Shown: positions 40,195 to 49,625 of the stretch, in pieces
Layout of the letters: each line of letters starts with the position of its first letter
Numbering within the stretch: the first letter of the stretch is position 1
Assembly (NCBI GenBank): GCA_963816145.1
Contig: CAWFJP010000002.1
Span: forward strand, 32,001 to 96,000
Reading direction: 5' to 3'
DNA from: an uncultured delta proteobacterium
Lineage (GTDB): Bacteria > Desulfobacterota > Binatia > UBA9968
Length of the DNA stretch: 64,000 nucleotides
Program-made: the position numbers and the translations under genes
The notes under the pieces: model-generated
Told to the model about the DNA's origin: nothing
The model's database searches: none
Seen by the model: only the letters and a program-made list of their open reading frames with translations

Positions 40195-40491
40195 ATGAGC
40201 CGTTTCGTTTCAACGTCTTTGGCTTCCATTCTGCTATCGTCTGTCGTGGGTTGCGCCGGAGTCGCGCCGAATACTGCCGTGGTTGCAACCCAGGAAGTGG
40301 CTCGCGGGGACTACTGCCATAAAATATTGCCAGCCGTGGGTCCCGCGTCGCCGACGATGGCGCAGCCCTCAGCTGGGGATATCATCGATTATTACGGTCC
40401 TTGCGACGGCCCATCGGTCAGCGAGCAGATTCAGCAGCAGCGGCGTTTCGAGTCATATCGCTTCGGCAGAGATTATATGGATGAAGGGTAA
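40195..40491 (+). CDS. Small lipoprotein, hypothetical
   Basis: SD GAGGAG, lipobox VVG-C and two further Cys (YCH, YYGPCD). Confidence 0.65.
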   Translation: MSRFVSTSLASILLSSVVGCAGVAPNTAVVATQEVARGDYCHKILPAVGPASPTMAQPSAGDIIDYYGPCDGPSVSEQIQQQRRFESYRFGRDYMDEG

Positions 40492-40964
40492 GATCGCCGT
40501 TTGAGTTCTCTAGTGATTAACCTGCCGTGGGCCTTAGGTTTGAAGTCCGCGGTGCCGTGTATCGCGCCTAGTTGAATCCTTTTAAATCCTTTAACAGGCC
40601 TTAGCTTCTTTCCCTGGCTTAGCGTTGGTTCGCGCGGTTTCTGGCCAATTTTACCTGTTGGAAAAGCGCTCTGGAGTTGGTATCGGTGAGGTGCATAACC
40701 ACCACCGCCAAACCAATGGGCGGCTGGTTACAGGTTTTGTCTGATTTTCAGCTGCAGTGATTTCAAATAATTTGCCTGGCTAGCGAAGGTTCACCGCCAG
40801 ATGTCGCAACCCGGCAAGGGTTTGGAATTTTGCCAATTTGCGTGATCGCTCATGGTAATCACGGTGCTTACTATCACACCTGGAAATGATAGTTTTTCTG
40901 GCAAACTCGTCAAAGTTACCGGCAGCGGGTAACGTGACGCAGACGGCAAGGGGTAATGCAGCCT

Positions 40965-40979
40965 TGGCACAGGAGATGC
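40965..40979 (+). promoter_or_regulatory. sigma54 -24/-12 promoter
   Basis: TGGCACAGGAGATGC (GG-N10-GC) upstream of ATG 41006. Confidence 0.55.
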
Positions 40980-41005
40980 TCTCCACAATGGCCTGGAGTT
41001 GAACG

Positions 41006-41398
41006 ATGGCATATAGAGTTCTACTTATTGAAGACAACACCGACTGCCGCGAGCTATTCGCGATGATGGTACGGCACTTGGGTTTCGACGTCCTACAGGC
41101 CGATGACGGCGAACTCGGCGTGCAAAAAGCCATAAGCGAGAAGCCCGATCTAATCATCATGGATATAGGCATGCCCAATATGAACGGCATGGAGGCGCTC
41201 GCTTGTTTGCGCGAAAGCACCGTAACCAAAACCACACCGATTGTTGTCTACACGGCGTGGGTTGGCGAGAATTATCGCGATGCGGCGCTGAAATCCGGCG
41301 CCCACGAATTCATCACCAAGCCGATTTCGTTTGAAGATCTTCAAAGAGTCCTGTTGCGCTATATTCCCGTACCTAGCAACTGCGCTGACGTTCAGTAG
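41006..41398 (+). CDS. Single-domain response regulator (DivK/CheY-like)
   Basis: LLIEDN, IIMDIGMPNMNG, VYTA and TKP. Confidence 0.9.
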   Translation: MAYRVLLIEDNTDCRELFAMMVRHLGFDVLQADDGELGVQKAISEKPDLIIMDIGMPNMNGMEALACLRESTVTKTTPIVVYTAWVGENYRDAALKSGAHEFITKPISFEDLQRVLLRYIPVPSNCADVQ

Positions 41399-41621
41399 CA
41401 CAGCGTCGCGGAGCGTCAATGTCAGCCGGTCGTTTGGTTCATTCTATGTGTAAGCGACGGTTTTCTTAGATTGATTCTGCCACGCTCGCTTGACAACCCT
41501 TTGACCGATCAGCTAGGTCTACAAAAGCAGTCAAAATTATTTTACTTAATGGCTCTGCATCGGATCTGGGCGGTTGTCACGAATGGTTCGCCTGGGTTCC
41601 GAGCGGAGCGGAGGAATATTT

Positions 41622-42326
41622 ATGAAACCACAGGAATGGCGCCAACAATTGGGTGAGTGCGTGCGCGATCTGTTTCGCTCGCCGGAGATGGAGCAATTTT
41701 ATTCGCTTCCGATGACCCTCAATCGGGCGCGGATCTACCTGCTTCAGCTCGGTTTGTACGTGCGTCAGCGGCGCAATTTTTGGCCTCAGGTTGCGGCCAA
41801 CTGTCCGGAATTCGAAGTGAAGCAGCGGATCATGGAACATGAGCACGAAGAATTGGTCGAGGATGAGTTCTCCAAGGCGGGCCATTTGGATCTGATTTTT
41901 CGCCAAGGCAAGGAATTAGGTTTGAGCGTCGACGAAGTTATGAAGGCCGAAGCGCTGCCGACCACCAAGGCGGCGATCTACGGCTGGTTTTGGATCGCAC
42001 GTCACCGACCGTGGCAGGAAGCGGTTGCCGCTTCGACCATCGCCGAGTGGACCAACGATGACCGGCTTTTGGGCGACATCGGCGGCGGCAACTGCACCCG
42101 CCTGTATAAAATTTGGAAGCGCGATATGAATTTTTCCGATGGCCAAATGCCCAACTTCACCGCTCACAGCAAGGCCGACGTGAGACATTCCGACATGTTC
42201 ATCGACGTCCTTGAGAAGTACGTTACCCCAGGACGAGAACAAGACGTGATCGATACCGCGAAAGAGTCGATGGACCTGCACCGTGCCTACTTTGGCGGCA
42301 TGGCACACGCGATGTCTAAGGTCTGA
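41622..42326 (+). CDS. Heme-oxygenase-like diiron redox enzyme (PqqC/CADD/TenA fold)
   Basis: EHEHEELVED..GH, AEW and AHSKADVRH ligand pattern. SD GGAGG. Confidence 0.72.
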   Translation: MKPQEWRQQLGECVRDLFRSPEMEQFYSLPMTLNRARIYLLQLGLYVRQRRNFWPQVAANCPEFEVKQRIMEHEHEELVEDEFSKAGHLDLIFRQGKELGLSVDEVMKAEALPTTKAAIYGWFWIARHRPWQEAVAASTIAEWTNDDRLLGDIGGGNCTRLYKIWKRDMNFSDGQMPNFTAHSKADVRHSDMFIDVLEKYVTPGREQDVIDTAKESMDLHRAYFGGMAHAMSKV

Positions 42327-42350
42327 TAACAAAGCTCAGGGACCGTCGCG

Positions 42351-43349
42351 ATGAAGCTCGAAGAACTCGACAACCAGCTCGAAAAGAATCAGCTCTCCGG
42401 ATTCTGGCGCACTCGAGTGCCTTCGCATTCGTCCGAGGCGCCCTACCTGTGGAAGTGGGAGCCGCTACTCGACGGTTTGCTCAAGGCGAGCGAGACCATC
42501 GGCATCGATCAAGCGGAGCGGCGGGCGATTCGCCTGGTGAGCCCGCATCTGCCGATCAAGTCGACATCGCATACGCTGCAGATCACCTTTTCCATCGTCA
42601 ATCCCGGCGAGGTCGCCAAGGCGCATCGCCATAACATGGCGGCGATCCGTTTCGTCGTCCAGGGCAAGGGCGCGTACACGGCGGTTGACGGCGAGAAGTT
42701 TTTCATGGAAGAGGGCGATCTGATCTTGACGCCCAATTGGACTTGGCATGACCATCATAACGAGTCGGAAGATCCGATCATCTGGCTCGATGGATTGGAT
42801 GGGCCGCTGATTCAATCGCTGAACGTGCTTTTCTTTGAAGATGCGGAAAAGCCCGAACAAGAGATTACCCGACAGACCGGTGAGTCGCTTTCTCGAATGG
42901 GTTTTGCGCGGGCGCCGAAGCAGGAAGAGGTCCATCGCCGCGGCGTGCCGTTTCGCTATGCTTTCAAGGACACTTACAAGGCGCTGAAGGCGATGGGCAC
43001 GGCGGACCGCGACCCCTACGACGGAACCTTGCTGCGTTACATCAACCCGGCCACCGGCGGTTACACCTATCCGACCATGTCGTGCGAGATTCAGCTCTTC
43101 AATGCCAAGGAATTGACCAAAGCGCACCGGCACACCAGTTCGGCGCTTTATCATGTCGTCAAAGGCCAGGGGCGCACCAAGGTCGGAGATAACTATCTGG
43201 AGTGGCACAAAGGCGACACCTTTGTCGTGCCGCTGTGGCACTGGCATGCCCATGAAAATTTCACCAACGATGAAGCGATTCTGTTTTCCTTGAGCGATCG
43301 GCCGGTAATGGAAGCACTGCAACTCTATCGCGAAGAAGTCGGCAAGTAG
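42351..43349 (+). CDS. Gentisate 1,2-dioxygenase-like bicupin
   Basis: AERRAI, AHRHNMAAIRF, TPNWTWHDH, WLDGLD and AHRHT..WHWHAH. Confidence 0.88.
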   Translation: MKLEELDNQLEKNQLSGFWRTRVPSHSSEAPYLWKWEPLLDGLLKASETIGIDQAERRAIRLVSPHLPIKSTSHTLQITFSIVNPGEVAKAHRHNMAAIRFVVQGKGAYTAVDGEKFFMEEGDLILTPNWTWHDHHNESEDPIIWLDGLDGPLIQSLNVLFFEDAEKPEQEITRQTGESLSRMGFARAPKQEEVHRRGVPFRYAFKDTYKALKAMGTADRDPYDGTLLRYINPATGGYTYPTMSCEIQLFNAKELTKAHRHTSSALYHVVKGQGRTKVGDNYLEWHKGDTFVVPLWHWHAHENFTNDEAILFSLSDRPVMEALQLYREEVGK

Positions 43350-43392
43350 TGTCTTCTGGTTGCCGTTCTCAAGCCGTCGGATTGACTTAAGT

Positions 43393-44397
43393 ATGGCTGC
43401 AAACGTAAAAGTCCGCCTCGCGAGCCGCGCCTACGACGGCACCTTGCCGATCCTGCGCGGCCAGATGACCATTCCCGGTTTCGAGCTCGATATCACCGAG
43501 ACCGAGGATGTGCCCGGCATGTTCGCTGGCATGTACAAGGGGCAGTACGATGTCTCGGAGATGTCCCTTGGCGAATTGATTTCCTACACCTCGCGCGGCA
43601 AGGCTGACTTTGTCGCGATCCCGGTGTTTCCATCGCGGATGTTTCGTCATGGATTTATTTTCTGCCGAAAAGATTCGGGAATAAGCCGGCCGTCGGACTT
43701 GAGCGGTCGCAAGATAGGTTTTCTCCGTTGGGTTCAGACCGCGGCGATCTGGATGCGCGGCATGCTGATCGACGAATATGGCGTGTCGGCCACGGATTCC
43801 GCGTGGTACGTCGCTTCGATGCACCACTGGGACGATCACGATCCTGATGCGACCGTGGTGCCGCGCGATGGTTCGGTGATCCGCATGATTGAAAACGGCG
43901 GCAAGAATACCTCTGAGCGGGCATGCCTGGCTTTGTTCGACGGTCAGGTCGATGCGCTTGGCGTTACCGAATCCCAGCTTCCGACGCTGTTGACGAACAA
44001 CAATGTGAGAAGGCTCTTCGAAAATCCCCGGGAAGTGGAAGCGAGCTATTTCCGTCGCTGCAAGATCTTGCCGATCATGCATGTGCTGGCGGTGCAGAAG
44101 CAATTGATCGATCACCATCCAGATTTGCCGGCGCAGCTGTTTCGACTTTACGTTGACGCCAAACGCTGGGCGCAGCGCTGGCGCCGGGCGATCCCAAGCT
44201 TGGTCGAAGCCTGGCCCAATCAGTACCTCAGCGACGAAAAACGGATTTTTCAAACCGATCCATGGGCCTACGGTCTGGAGGCGAATCGGCATGTGTTGAC
44301 GAAGTTTTTCGCCTACTGCCATGCCCAGGGAATATCGGGCCGTAGCATCGCTGTCGAAGATATTTTCCATCCGAGTACGCTCAAGCTGAGCGAGTAG
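43393..44397 (+). CDS. 4,5-dihydroxyphthalate decarboxylase-like protein (periplasmic-binding fold)
   Basis: YDVSEMS, IPVFPSRMFRH, QTAAIWMRGML, PIMH and DPWAYGLEAN. Confidence 0.8.
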   Translation: MAANVKVRLASRAYDGTLPILRGQMTIPGFELDITETEDVPGMFAGMYKGQYDVSEMSLGELISYTSRGKADFVAIPVFPSRMFRHGFIFCRKDSGISRPSDLSGRKIGFLRWVQTAAIWMRGMLIDEYGVSATDSAWYVASMHHWDDHDPDATVVPRDGSVIRMIENGGKNTSERACLALFDGQVDALGVTESQLPTLLTNNNVRRLFENPREVEASYFRRCKILPIMHVLAVQKQLIDHHPDLPAQLFRLYVDAKRWAQRWRRAIPSLVEAWPNQYLSDEKRIFQTDPWAYGLEANRHVLTKFFAYCHAQGISGRSIAVEDIFHPSTLKLSE

Positions 44398-44425
44398 TTT
44401 TACGAGAGAGCTAAAAGGAGTTCCT

Positions 44426-45919
44426 ATGTCCACGGCGTCCGCGATCAATACCAATGCGAACGGCAACATCGATCTGCGCGATTGGCTCAAAGAGGTCAAA
44501 AGGCTGGAGCAGTTGGAAACTATCTCTGGTGCCCATTGGGATCTAGAACTGGGCGCACTGACCGAGATCATTCTCGAGCGCATCGCCACGCCGCCGGCAG
44601 TGCTATTTGACAATGTCCCCGGTTCGGAACCGAACCGCCGGGTATTGGTCAATATGTTGGAAACTCTAGAGCGCACCGCACTGACGTTAAACTTGCCGTT
44701 AGACTTGAAGATCATTCCATTGATCGATGCCCTGCGCGCGCGCTTGCGTGCCATGCAGCCGATTCCGGCTAACGTCGTTAAGACTGGGCCGGTGTTCGAA
44801 AACATCGCCCATGGCGATCATATCGATTTAACCAAGTTTCCTGTTCCGCGCTGGCATGCCGGCGACGGCGGGCGCTATCTCGGCACGGCTCATTTGGTAG
44901 TGACCCGCGATCCGGAAACCGGCGTCGAAAATATTGGCTGCTACCGGGTCATGTTGCAGGACAAAGATAAAGTCGGCTTGTATATTTCTCCGGGCAAGCA
45001 CGGCAAGATTCACTACGAAAAGGCTATGAAGGCCGGCAAGACCTTCCCGGTCGTGATGGCCTTCGGCCAGCATCCTTTGCTCTACATCGCCGCCTCCCAG
45101 GCGGTGCCGTTCGGTGTTAATGAATACGATTGGGCCGGCGGACTCATCGGCCAGCCGGTGGACGTGATCGAAGGGCCCGTGACCGGACTACGATTCCCAG
45201 CCAATTCCGAGATCGTCATCGAAGGCGAGATTGTTCCCGGCGAGTCGATGCAGGAAGGTCCTTTCGGCGAGTGGCCGGGATATTATGCCAGCGCCCGGCG
45301 CGCCGAACCTTTCGTGCGTGTCAAGGCGCTCTACTATCGCAACGATCCGATCATCACCGGCGCGGCACCGTTCAAACCGACAATTCACGGCATGTACCGT
45401 TCATGCTTGCGTGCCGCGACCGTGTGGAACGGCATGGAACAAGCTGGCGTCCCAGACATCAAAGGCGTCTATCTGCCGCCACCGGCGCAGCGCTTTATGA
45501 TCGTCGTTGCTATCACTCAACGTTATCCAGGGCATGCGAAACAAGCCGCATTGGTCGCCAGTCAATGCCACGCCGGTGCTTACCTTGGCCGCTACGTTAT
45601 CGTTGTCGACGACGACATCGATATCACCAATACTGACGAAGTGATGTGGGCGATCTGCACCCGCACCGATCCGGCGACCTCGGTGGATCTGCTGCGCCGC
45701 TGTTGGAGCGGTCCCCTCGACCCAATCATTCAACCGGGGCAGAAGGGCTTTAACTCGCGCATGATTATTGAGGCGGTCCGGCCTTGGGAGTGGCGCGATA
45801 AATTCCCCGCCACTAGTGCCATCACTGACGAGACCCGCCACCAGTTTTCGTCAAAATGGCAGAACCAGCTAGCGCAGGTTCAGGCACGTCATACCCAGGT
45901 GCGTTTTCGCGGCGATTGA
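44426..45919 (+). CDS. UbiD family prFMN-dependent (de)carboxylase
   Basis: DLRDWL, PAVLFDNV, DGGRYLGT, NIGCYR, EGPFGEWPGYY and VVDDDID. Confidence 0.92.
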   Translation: MSTASAINTNANGNIDLRDWLKEVKRLEQLETISGAHWDLELGALTEIILERIATPPAVLFDNVPGSEPNRRVLVNMLETLERTALTLNLPLDLKIIPLIDALRARLRAMQPIPANVVKTGPVFENIAHGDHIDLTKFPVPRWHAGDGGRYLGTAHLVVTRDPETGVENIGCYRVMLQDKDKVGLYISPGKHGKIHYEKAMKAGKTFPVVMAFGQHPLLYIAASQAVPFGVNEYDWAGGLIGQPVDVIEGPVTGLRFPANSEIVIEGEIVPGESMQEGPFGEWPGYYASARRAEPFVRVKALYYRNDPIITGAAPFKPTIHGMYRSCLRAATVWNGMEQAGVPDIKGVYLPPPAQRFMIVVAITQRYPGHAKQAALVASQCHAGAYLGRYVIVVDDDIDITNTDEVMWAICTRTDPATSVDLLRRCWSGPLDPIIQPGQKGFNSRMIIEAVRPWEWRDKFPATSAITDETRHQFSSKWQNQLAQVQARHTQVRFRGD

Positions 45920-46189
45920 TCGGACAATTCAGTGCCGTAGTCGCGTTTGCTGAATGGTTCTAAGTGCCGCGTGATTGCCCCTGGGTGGTGAACTTTCGCT
46001 GATTCTCTCCGAACGCCAATTCCGGTTTCCGGTTACGGAAAACGACGCTGGGATTGGGCGAAAAGCGCATCGATTGAGCAATATTGTCCATGAATGCTGA
46101 ACCCTCCCGACCCCTCGCGGGACCCCCTTGTTGGGGAATTCTTTGGAAATATCAGGCTTTATCCGACGTTAGCAGGGTCAAATGGCAAT

Positions 46190-46204
46190 TGGCATGAGTC
46201 GTGC
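46190..46204 (+). promoter_or_regulatory. sigma54 -24/-12 promoter
   Basis: TGGCATGAGTCGTGC (GG-N10-GC) upstream of ATG 46268. Confidence 0.5.
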
Positions 46205-46267
46205 TGATGCTAGACCCCGTCAAGAAGTGCCTAAGGTATTTCGACAAAGAAAAAGGAGAAAATAGCG

Positions 46268-46486
46268 ATGGAAGAAATTATGACACCGTCGGAAGTGGCT
46301 TCGCTGCTGAAGATTCATCTCAAGACGGTCTACAAACTTGCCGAAAAGGGCGTTATCCCCGGTAACCGCATCGGCCGTAGCTGGCGCTTCAGCCGCGGTG
46401 ATGTGTTGGAATTGGTGTCGACCAAATCGATGAACCTTTCCGAGTCGGGCGATGGCGATATGAAAATCGCTGCAAACGGCAAGTAA
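46268..46486 (+). CDS. Excisionase-family (HTH_17) DNA-binding protein
   Basis: IMTPSEVASLLKIHLKTVYKLAEKGVIPGNRIGRSWRF. SD AAGGAG. Confidence 0.88.
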   Translation: MEEIMTPSEVASLLKIHLKTVYKLAEKGVIPGNRIGRSWRFSRGDVLELVSTKSMNLSESGDGDMKIAANGK

Positions 46487-46516
46487 CCAAGTCCTGATAG
46501 CCTGCTAGTTTGCTCG

Positions 46517-47041
46517 ATGGACCAGGATCCAATCAAGCAACTGCAAAGTTTCCTCGACGAGCGCGGCAAGATGCTGGAAAAGATCACCAGCATTCACTCC
46601 GTGCTTGGGCCGCTGCGAGGCGACCCGCCATCCGCGTCGGCTTTGCAGCCCGCTCCCAATCCTTCGCTTGACGTAACCGGGACAGGGTTCGACGCGCACT
46701 TGCAGCGGCTATTGCAAGCGCTGCAAGAGATGCAGGTGCAGATCGAACTACGCGTGCGTCCTGCGGTGCAGCTGGTGGTGCAAAACCAAGTTGACCAGCT
46801 GCGCGGTCAGTCCGATGAAAAAATCGTGGCGTTGCGCGACTGTCTAGGTCAGATTGATAGGAGTGTTTCGCAGTGTTTAGCAGGTCTGGACGAATATCAA
46901 AAAAGATATGCCGATCTCGATACGCTCAATAGAAACTTGGCCGGCCTCGGTGCCTCACCTGAACCGCTCCCCGAAAAGATCTCCATAGAACAGTTGAGCG
47001 AATCCATTAGCGCCCGGCTCGCCAATTTGGGTAGGGGTTAG
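46517..47041 (+). CDS. Hypothetical coiled-coil protein
   Basis: 174 aa with Gln/Leu-rich helical heptads, 30 nt downstream of the HTH gene. Confidence 0.6.
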   Translation: MDQDPIKQLQSFLDERGKMLEKITSIHSVLGPLRGDPPSASALQPAPNPSLDVTGTGFDAHLQRLLQALQEMQVQIELRVRPAVQLVVQNQVDQLRGQSDEKIVALRDCLGQIDRSVSQCLAGLDEYQKRYADLDTLNRNLAGLGASPEPLPEKISIEQLSESISARLANLGRG

Positions 47042-47156
47042 CATTCCATCCGTGATCTCGATGCGCGGCGCAGATATTCTCTGTTGGTCAGTACCGTCAA
47101 CGGTTCGCCTGATCGTTTCTTGATCGAGTTAATTCCGGCGAAGAATTATAGCGATA

Positions 47157-47231
47157 TGGTGCGCCCGACAGGAATCGAACCTGTACTTAGGGTTCCGGAG
47201 ACCCTCGTGATATCCTTTTCACTACGGGCGC
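47157..47231 (-). tRNA. tRNA-Arg (CCG)
   Basis: GCGCCCGTAGTGAAAAGGATATCACGAGGGTCT-CCG-GAACCCTAAGTACAGGTTCGATTCCTGTCGGGCGCACCA forms a cloverleaf with encoded CCA. Confidence 0.95.
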
Positions 47232-47261
47232 GTGCAAATTTTTCTATCACCGGGTCGGCGA

Positions 47262-48068
47262 TCAGTCAACGCGCACGGTCGCAACTGCGCCGGTGATGCG
47301 CGCCATTTGCGGGTGAATGAGCGCATTGGCCGCGAGCGTTTCGCTGCCGCTGATGTCAAACCGTTGGCCGCGAAAATCGCTGAGTTTGCCGCGCGCTTCG
47401 CTGACGATCAAACTTCCCGCAGCAACATCCCAAGGTTTCAGTTTCAGCTCCCAGTAGCCGTCGATGCGGCCGCAGGCGACATAGCACAAGTCCAGGGCCG
47501 CGGAGCCGTTACGCCGGATGCCTTGGCAGCGGGTTAAAAAGGCATTGAAGTAGCTCAAATAGTAATCCGCGTGCTCGCGTCTGTCGTAAGGGAATCCGGT
47601 GGCGAGCAAGGCTTTATCCAAGTCATCGATGGTGGAGCAGTGAATGCTCTGGCCGTTGAGAGTTGCGCCGTGGTCTTTAATCGCCCGAAAGCATTCGCGC
47701 CGCAGCGGATCGTAGACCAAGCCAAGAATGACTTCACCCTCCTGTTCGAGGGCGATCGAGACGCAAAAATGTGGGTACCCATGGGCGAAGTTGGTTGTAC
47801 CGTCGAGCGGGTCGACGATCCAACGGAAGGAGTTTCCGTGACGCTCCAAAAGCGCTTCTTCCTCGGCCAAGATCGAGTGCTCGGGGAATCGCCTGGTCAA
47901 AATTTCAACGATCGTGCGTTCGCACTGGCGGTCGGTGTCGGTCACCAGATCGATGACGCCTTTATAGTCAATGGTCTTGGGTTTGTGCCAGTTGGCGCGA
48001 ATGATCTCGCCCGCGGCCTCGGCCGCTTGCCATGCAGTTTCAAGAAATGCGCTACAGTTTTGCGTCAT
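47262..48068 (-). CDS. suhB: Inositol monophosphatase
   Basis: DLVT, WIVDPLDGTTNFAHG, GSAALDLCYVA and KPWDVAAG. Confidence 0.93.
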   Translation of the reverse strand: MTQNCSAFLETAWQAAEAAGEIIRANWHKPKTIDYKGVIDLVTDTDRQCERTIVEILTRRFPEHSILAEEEALLERHGNSFRWIVDPLDGTTNFAHGYPHFCVSIALEQEGEVILGLVYDPLRRECFRAIKDHGATLNGQSIHCSTIDDLDKALLATGFPYDRREHADYYLSYFNAFLTRCQGIRRNGSAALDLCYVACGRIDGYWELKLKPWDVAAGSLIVSEARGKLSDFRGQRFDISGSETLAANALIHPQMARITGAVATVRVD

Positions 48069-48118
48069 GAAATGGCGGACTTTCGCAATTGTCCGTCGGC
48101 TATGTTAACTAATGGCGC

Positions 48119-48988
48119 GTGAAGATTCGAGCGCCGGCGAAAATCAATTTAACTTTGCGAGTGGTCGGCAAACGCGCCGACGGCTATCACCTGCTCGACA
48201 CGATCATGGTGCCAGTGTCGCTCTATGATGAAATCGAAATTCATCAGATGCGCCGATCGGCGTCGCGCCGGCTTGGGGTGCCTTCGCTAATTGCAATTCG
48301 CTGCAACCACCCGCAAGTGCCGTTGGGTCAAGAAAACATAGCGTATCGCGCCGCCGAATTGTTGATGCGCAAGGCTAAAATCTGCCGGCCGATAGCGATC
48401 CGCATTCGCAAACAAATTCCCGTCGGTGCTGGGCTTGGCGGTGGTAGCAGCGATGCTGCTGCTGTGCTGAAAGGGCTCAACCGTTTGTGGCGGTTACGAT
48501 TGTCGGTGCGCCAACTGGAGCAGCTCGCGCTACAACTGGGCGCTGATGTGCCGTTCTTTATCCGAGCCAAACCCGCGCGCGCGCGAGGGATCGGTGAAAA
48601 GCTCCGGTTACTTTCGAAGCTGCGGCGCCGCTGGCTTGTCCTGGTCTATCCGGGATTTCCGGTGGCGACCGCTTGGGTATACCGAAATCTCCCGTCAAAG
48701 TTGACAAGAGTTAGCGTAAATACTAGCATTGCAACGCCGCTGGAGAGCCTGGATAAACTCGACAAACTGCTAATCAACGATTTAGAGCAGGTTACGGTGA
48801 GGAGATATCCTGAAATAAGTCGGGCGAAATCGATGCTATCTCTAGCTGGTGCTGCGGGTGTCCTGATGTCCGGCAGCGGCTCTTCGGTGTTTGGCGTTTT
48901 CGAGTCGAAGCGATTGGCGAAACAAGCCTTTCGCCGGATGCGGAAAGAGGAGGGGGTCCAAGCGTTCCTGGCGCATGTTTTGAATTAA
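48119..48988 (+). CDS. ispE: 4-diphosphocytidyl-2-C-methyl-D-erythritol kinase
   Basis: APAKINL, DGYHLL, IPVGAGLGGGSSDAA, LGADVPFF and MSGSGS. Confidence 0.95.
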   Translation: MKIRAPAKINLTLRVVGKRADGYHLLDTIMVPVSLYDEIEIHQMRRSASRRLGVPSLIAIRCNHPQVPLGQENIAYRAAELLMRKAKICRPIAIRIRKQIPVGAGLGGGSSDAAAVLKGLNRLWRLRLSVRQLEQLALQLGADVPFFIRAKPARARGIGEKLRLLSKLRRRWLVLVYPGFPVATAWVYRNLPSKLTRVSVNTSIATPLESLDKLDKLLINDLEQVTVRRYPEISRAKSMLSLAGAAGVLMSGSGSSVFGVFESKRLAKQAFRRMRKEEGVQAFLAHVLN

Positions 48989-49056
48989 GGTTAGCCAAAA
49001 GCCCATAAAAAGAACTCTACCGGCGCAACATCTGGCTCGTCCAGAAGGGGGTCCCT

Positions 49057-49344
49057 ATGCAAGTCACAGAGGTTAGGGTCTTTCCTGTCGAAGAAGATAA
49101 GCTCAGGGCTTATGTAACTATCACTCTCGATCACTGTTTTGTGATCCGGGACTTAAAAATCATACATGGTGCGACCGGGTTGTTTGTCTCAATGCCCAGC
49201 AAAAAGCGCAAGGATGGAACCTATAAAGACATTGCGCATCCAATCAATAACGAGACGCGCCGGATGCTCGAGGAGAAAATAATCGCAGAATACCAAAAAG
49301 TGCTCGCCAATGGCGGGGCACCAACGTCGATCGATGACAATTGA
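49057..49344 (+). CDS. spoVG: SpoVG family protein
   Basis: VTEVRV, FVIRDLKII, LFVSMPS and YKDIAHPIN. Confidence 0.93.
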   Translation: MQVTEVRVFPVEEDKLRAYVTITLDHCFVIRDLKIIHGATGLFVSMPSKKRKDGTYKDIAHPINNETRRMLEEKIIAEYQKVLANGGAPTSIDDN

Positions 49345-49394
49345 TCGAATGTTCTGCGCGACCGGATGAGCTTCCTGTGGGGGGGGGTCAGGGA

Positions 49395-49468
49395 TGGGCG
49401 GTCGCCAAGCGGTAAGGCCCCGGCCTTTGGAGCCGGTATCGAAGGTTCGAATCCTTCCCGCCCAGCCA
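49395..49468 (+). tRNA. tRNA-Gln (TTG)
   Basis: TGGGCGGTCGCCAAGCGGTAAGGCCCCGGCCT-TTG-GAGCCGGTATCGAAGGTTCGAATCCTTCCCGCCCAGCCA, in the canonical position before prs. Confidence 0.95.
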
Positions 49469-49625
49469 ATTTTTCATGCGAAGTTTAGCCGGCTGGCCTT
49501 TGCGATAGAGATTTAGTAGAAGTTGAGTGGCGCCGTTCACAGAGGGACGGCGCTCCTGTTTTTTGGCGGTCGAAGTCGATGGGGTTAAAATTAGATTAAC
49601 TTTCACTGTAGGGGTCGTGGGAAGC

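Noticed and set aside
43387-44805. 472-aa minus-strand ORF
   Set aside because: Antisense shadow of two well-supported plus-strand genes, with no motifs.
46268-47231. Prophage or ICE at tRNA-Arg
   Set aside because: No integrase, att duplication, phage or conjugation genes in the window.
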